Positions 31,531 to 32,000 of a stretch of DNA of 32,000 nt are shown here, piece by piece. The notes under the pieces are model-generated. The model ran no database searches and was not told where the DNA came from. It saw only the letters and a list, made by a program, of their open reading frames with translations. Within the stretch, counting starts at the first letter, position 1. Every line of letters starts with the position of its first letter. The position numbers were made by a program, and so were the translations under genes. Location of the stretch: contig LVZN01000034.1 in NCBI GenBank assembly GCA_001695645.1, positions 1-32,000 on the forward strand. The letters are read 5' to 3'. The DNA is from Erysipelotrichaceae bacterium MTC7. Lineage in GTDB: Bacteria; Bacillota_I; Bacilli_A; Erysipelotrichales; Erysipelotrichaceae.

Positions 31531-32000
31531 ATGCAGATAAACTATAATGTCACAGGAGCAAAAAGAAAAGAGCTAGTCAATGCAATCAGCCAAAAACTGA
31601 ATGCTCCTGCAAGATATCTTGGAGCACCTACATTTGCATATGAAGTGGCAGACTACAATATTGACAAAAACGGGGTAGTCAGAGGACCAGATAATTCTGA
31701 ACTGGTTAATAATCTATTAGGCCTTCATGACTTTAAGGCGGTTACAGTAGAATTTGACACACCACTTCCAAAAGCAGAGCCTGTTCTTGAAAATATTCAA
31801 GTTCCTAATGAAGCGGCTCTTGGGGGTAGGGTAAGTCCAAATAGTGATTACGAAGAACCTCCCGTATACAGCGAATCAAATGAAACCGAAGAAGCTATTA
31901 GTTTGATTATTCAAATGCCGAGGGAGGGTTTTAGCGAAACTGCACTTGGTAACCTAAAAGGATTGGTAGAAAGCAAAGAAACCCTTATAAAGAAAGCACT
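31531..32000 (+). CDS. Conserved phage/ICE protein of unknown function (partial; runs off the window)
   Basis: RBS AAAGGCGG. The frame is open from the ATG at 31531 to the window end. MQINYNVTGAKRKELVNAISQKLNAPARYLGAPTFAYEV...LIIQMPREGFSETALGNLKGLVESKETLIKKA resembles a family seen in Clostridia mobile elements (from memory). Confidence 0.65.
   Translation, partial: MQINYNVTGAKRKELVNAISQKLNAPARYLGAPTFAYEVADYNIDKNGVVRGPDNSELVNNLLGLHDFKAVTVEFDTPLPKAEPVLENIQVPNEAALGGRVSPNSDYEEPPVYSESNETEEAISLIIQMPREGFSETALGNLKGLVESKETLIKKA

Larger units (their letters stand above)
16678..32000 (+). mobile_element. Prophage (siphovirus-type, HNH/P27-terminase class), replication and early-late region; continues beyond the window
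   Basis: GC rises sharply at ~16678. All genes are co-directional. Gene content is diagnostic: DUF2800, DUF2815, family-A DNA polymerase, antirepressor, VirE primase, VRR-NUC, SNF2, DUF1492, HNH and small terminase. Confidence 0.85.

Noticed and set aside
1-32000. CRISPR arrays, tRNA/tmRNA, rRNA, group II intron or retron/DGR elements
   Set aside because: I saw no regularly spaced repeat-spacer array, cloverleaf-like sequence near the element junctions, or reverse-transcriptase ORF. The only tandem repeats are the short regulatory ones reported above. A tRNAscan/Infernal run would be needed to exclude them formally.

Overview
Composite accessory region of a Firmicutes/Clostridia-type genome, in three blocks. 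GC values are eye counts on sampled lines, not computed.

(1) 1 to ~8950, very AT-rich (~27-30% GC). This looks like an integrative mobilizable element. It carries a small secreted bacteriocin-like protein, a MOB relaxase broken in an A8 tract, and MobC. A 4-gene minus-strand operon encodes XRE, ImmA/IrrE, a 5-TM protein and RhuM. It also has two plus-strand regulators (one a region-4-only sigma-like protein), a 45-aa SHOCT-like ORF and a 584-aa large serine recombinase.

(2) ~9180-16650, equally AT-rich. A translationally coupled 6-gene operon encodes an HTH controller, two paralogous SPPY amino-methyltransferases, a 257-aa unknown protein, a McrB-like GTPase lacking a DNA-binding N-domain, and a LlaJI/McrC-type PD-(D/E)xK nuclease. 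The nuclease is frameshifted between its PD and DAK motifs. I read this as an uncharacterised variant of the BsuMI/LlaJI multi-subunit R-M architecture. A convergent orphan 398-aa protein with a CGNR-type zinc ribbon follows. The block is bracketed by a 12-bp direct repeat.

(3) 16678-32000, where GC rises abruptly (~37-55%). This is the replication and early-late half of a siphovirus-type prophage. In order it carries a sigma-like regulator, a DUF2800 nuclease, DUF2815, a family-A DNA polymerase, an AntA/KilAC antirepressor, DUF4406 and a PrimPol-VirE primase. After an iteron-rich putative ori come VRR-NUC, an SNF2 helicase, a DUF1492 late activator, HNH and a P27 small terminase. metK and a ParB-fused DNA methyltransferase follow the small terminase, where terL would be expected.

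No rRNA, tRNA or CRISPR array was seen. All family assignments come from motif recognition by eye; no searches were run.
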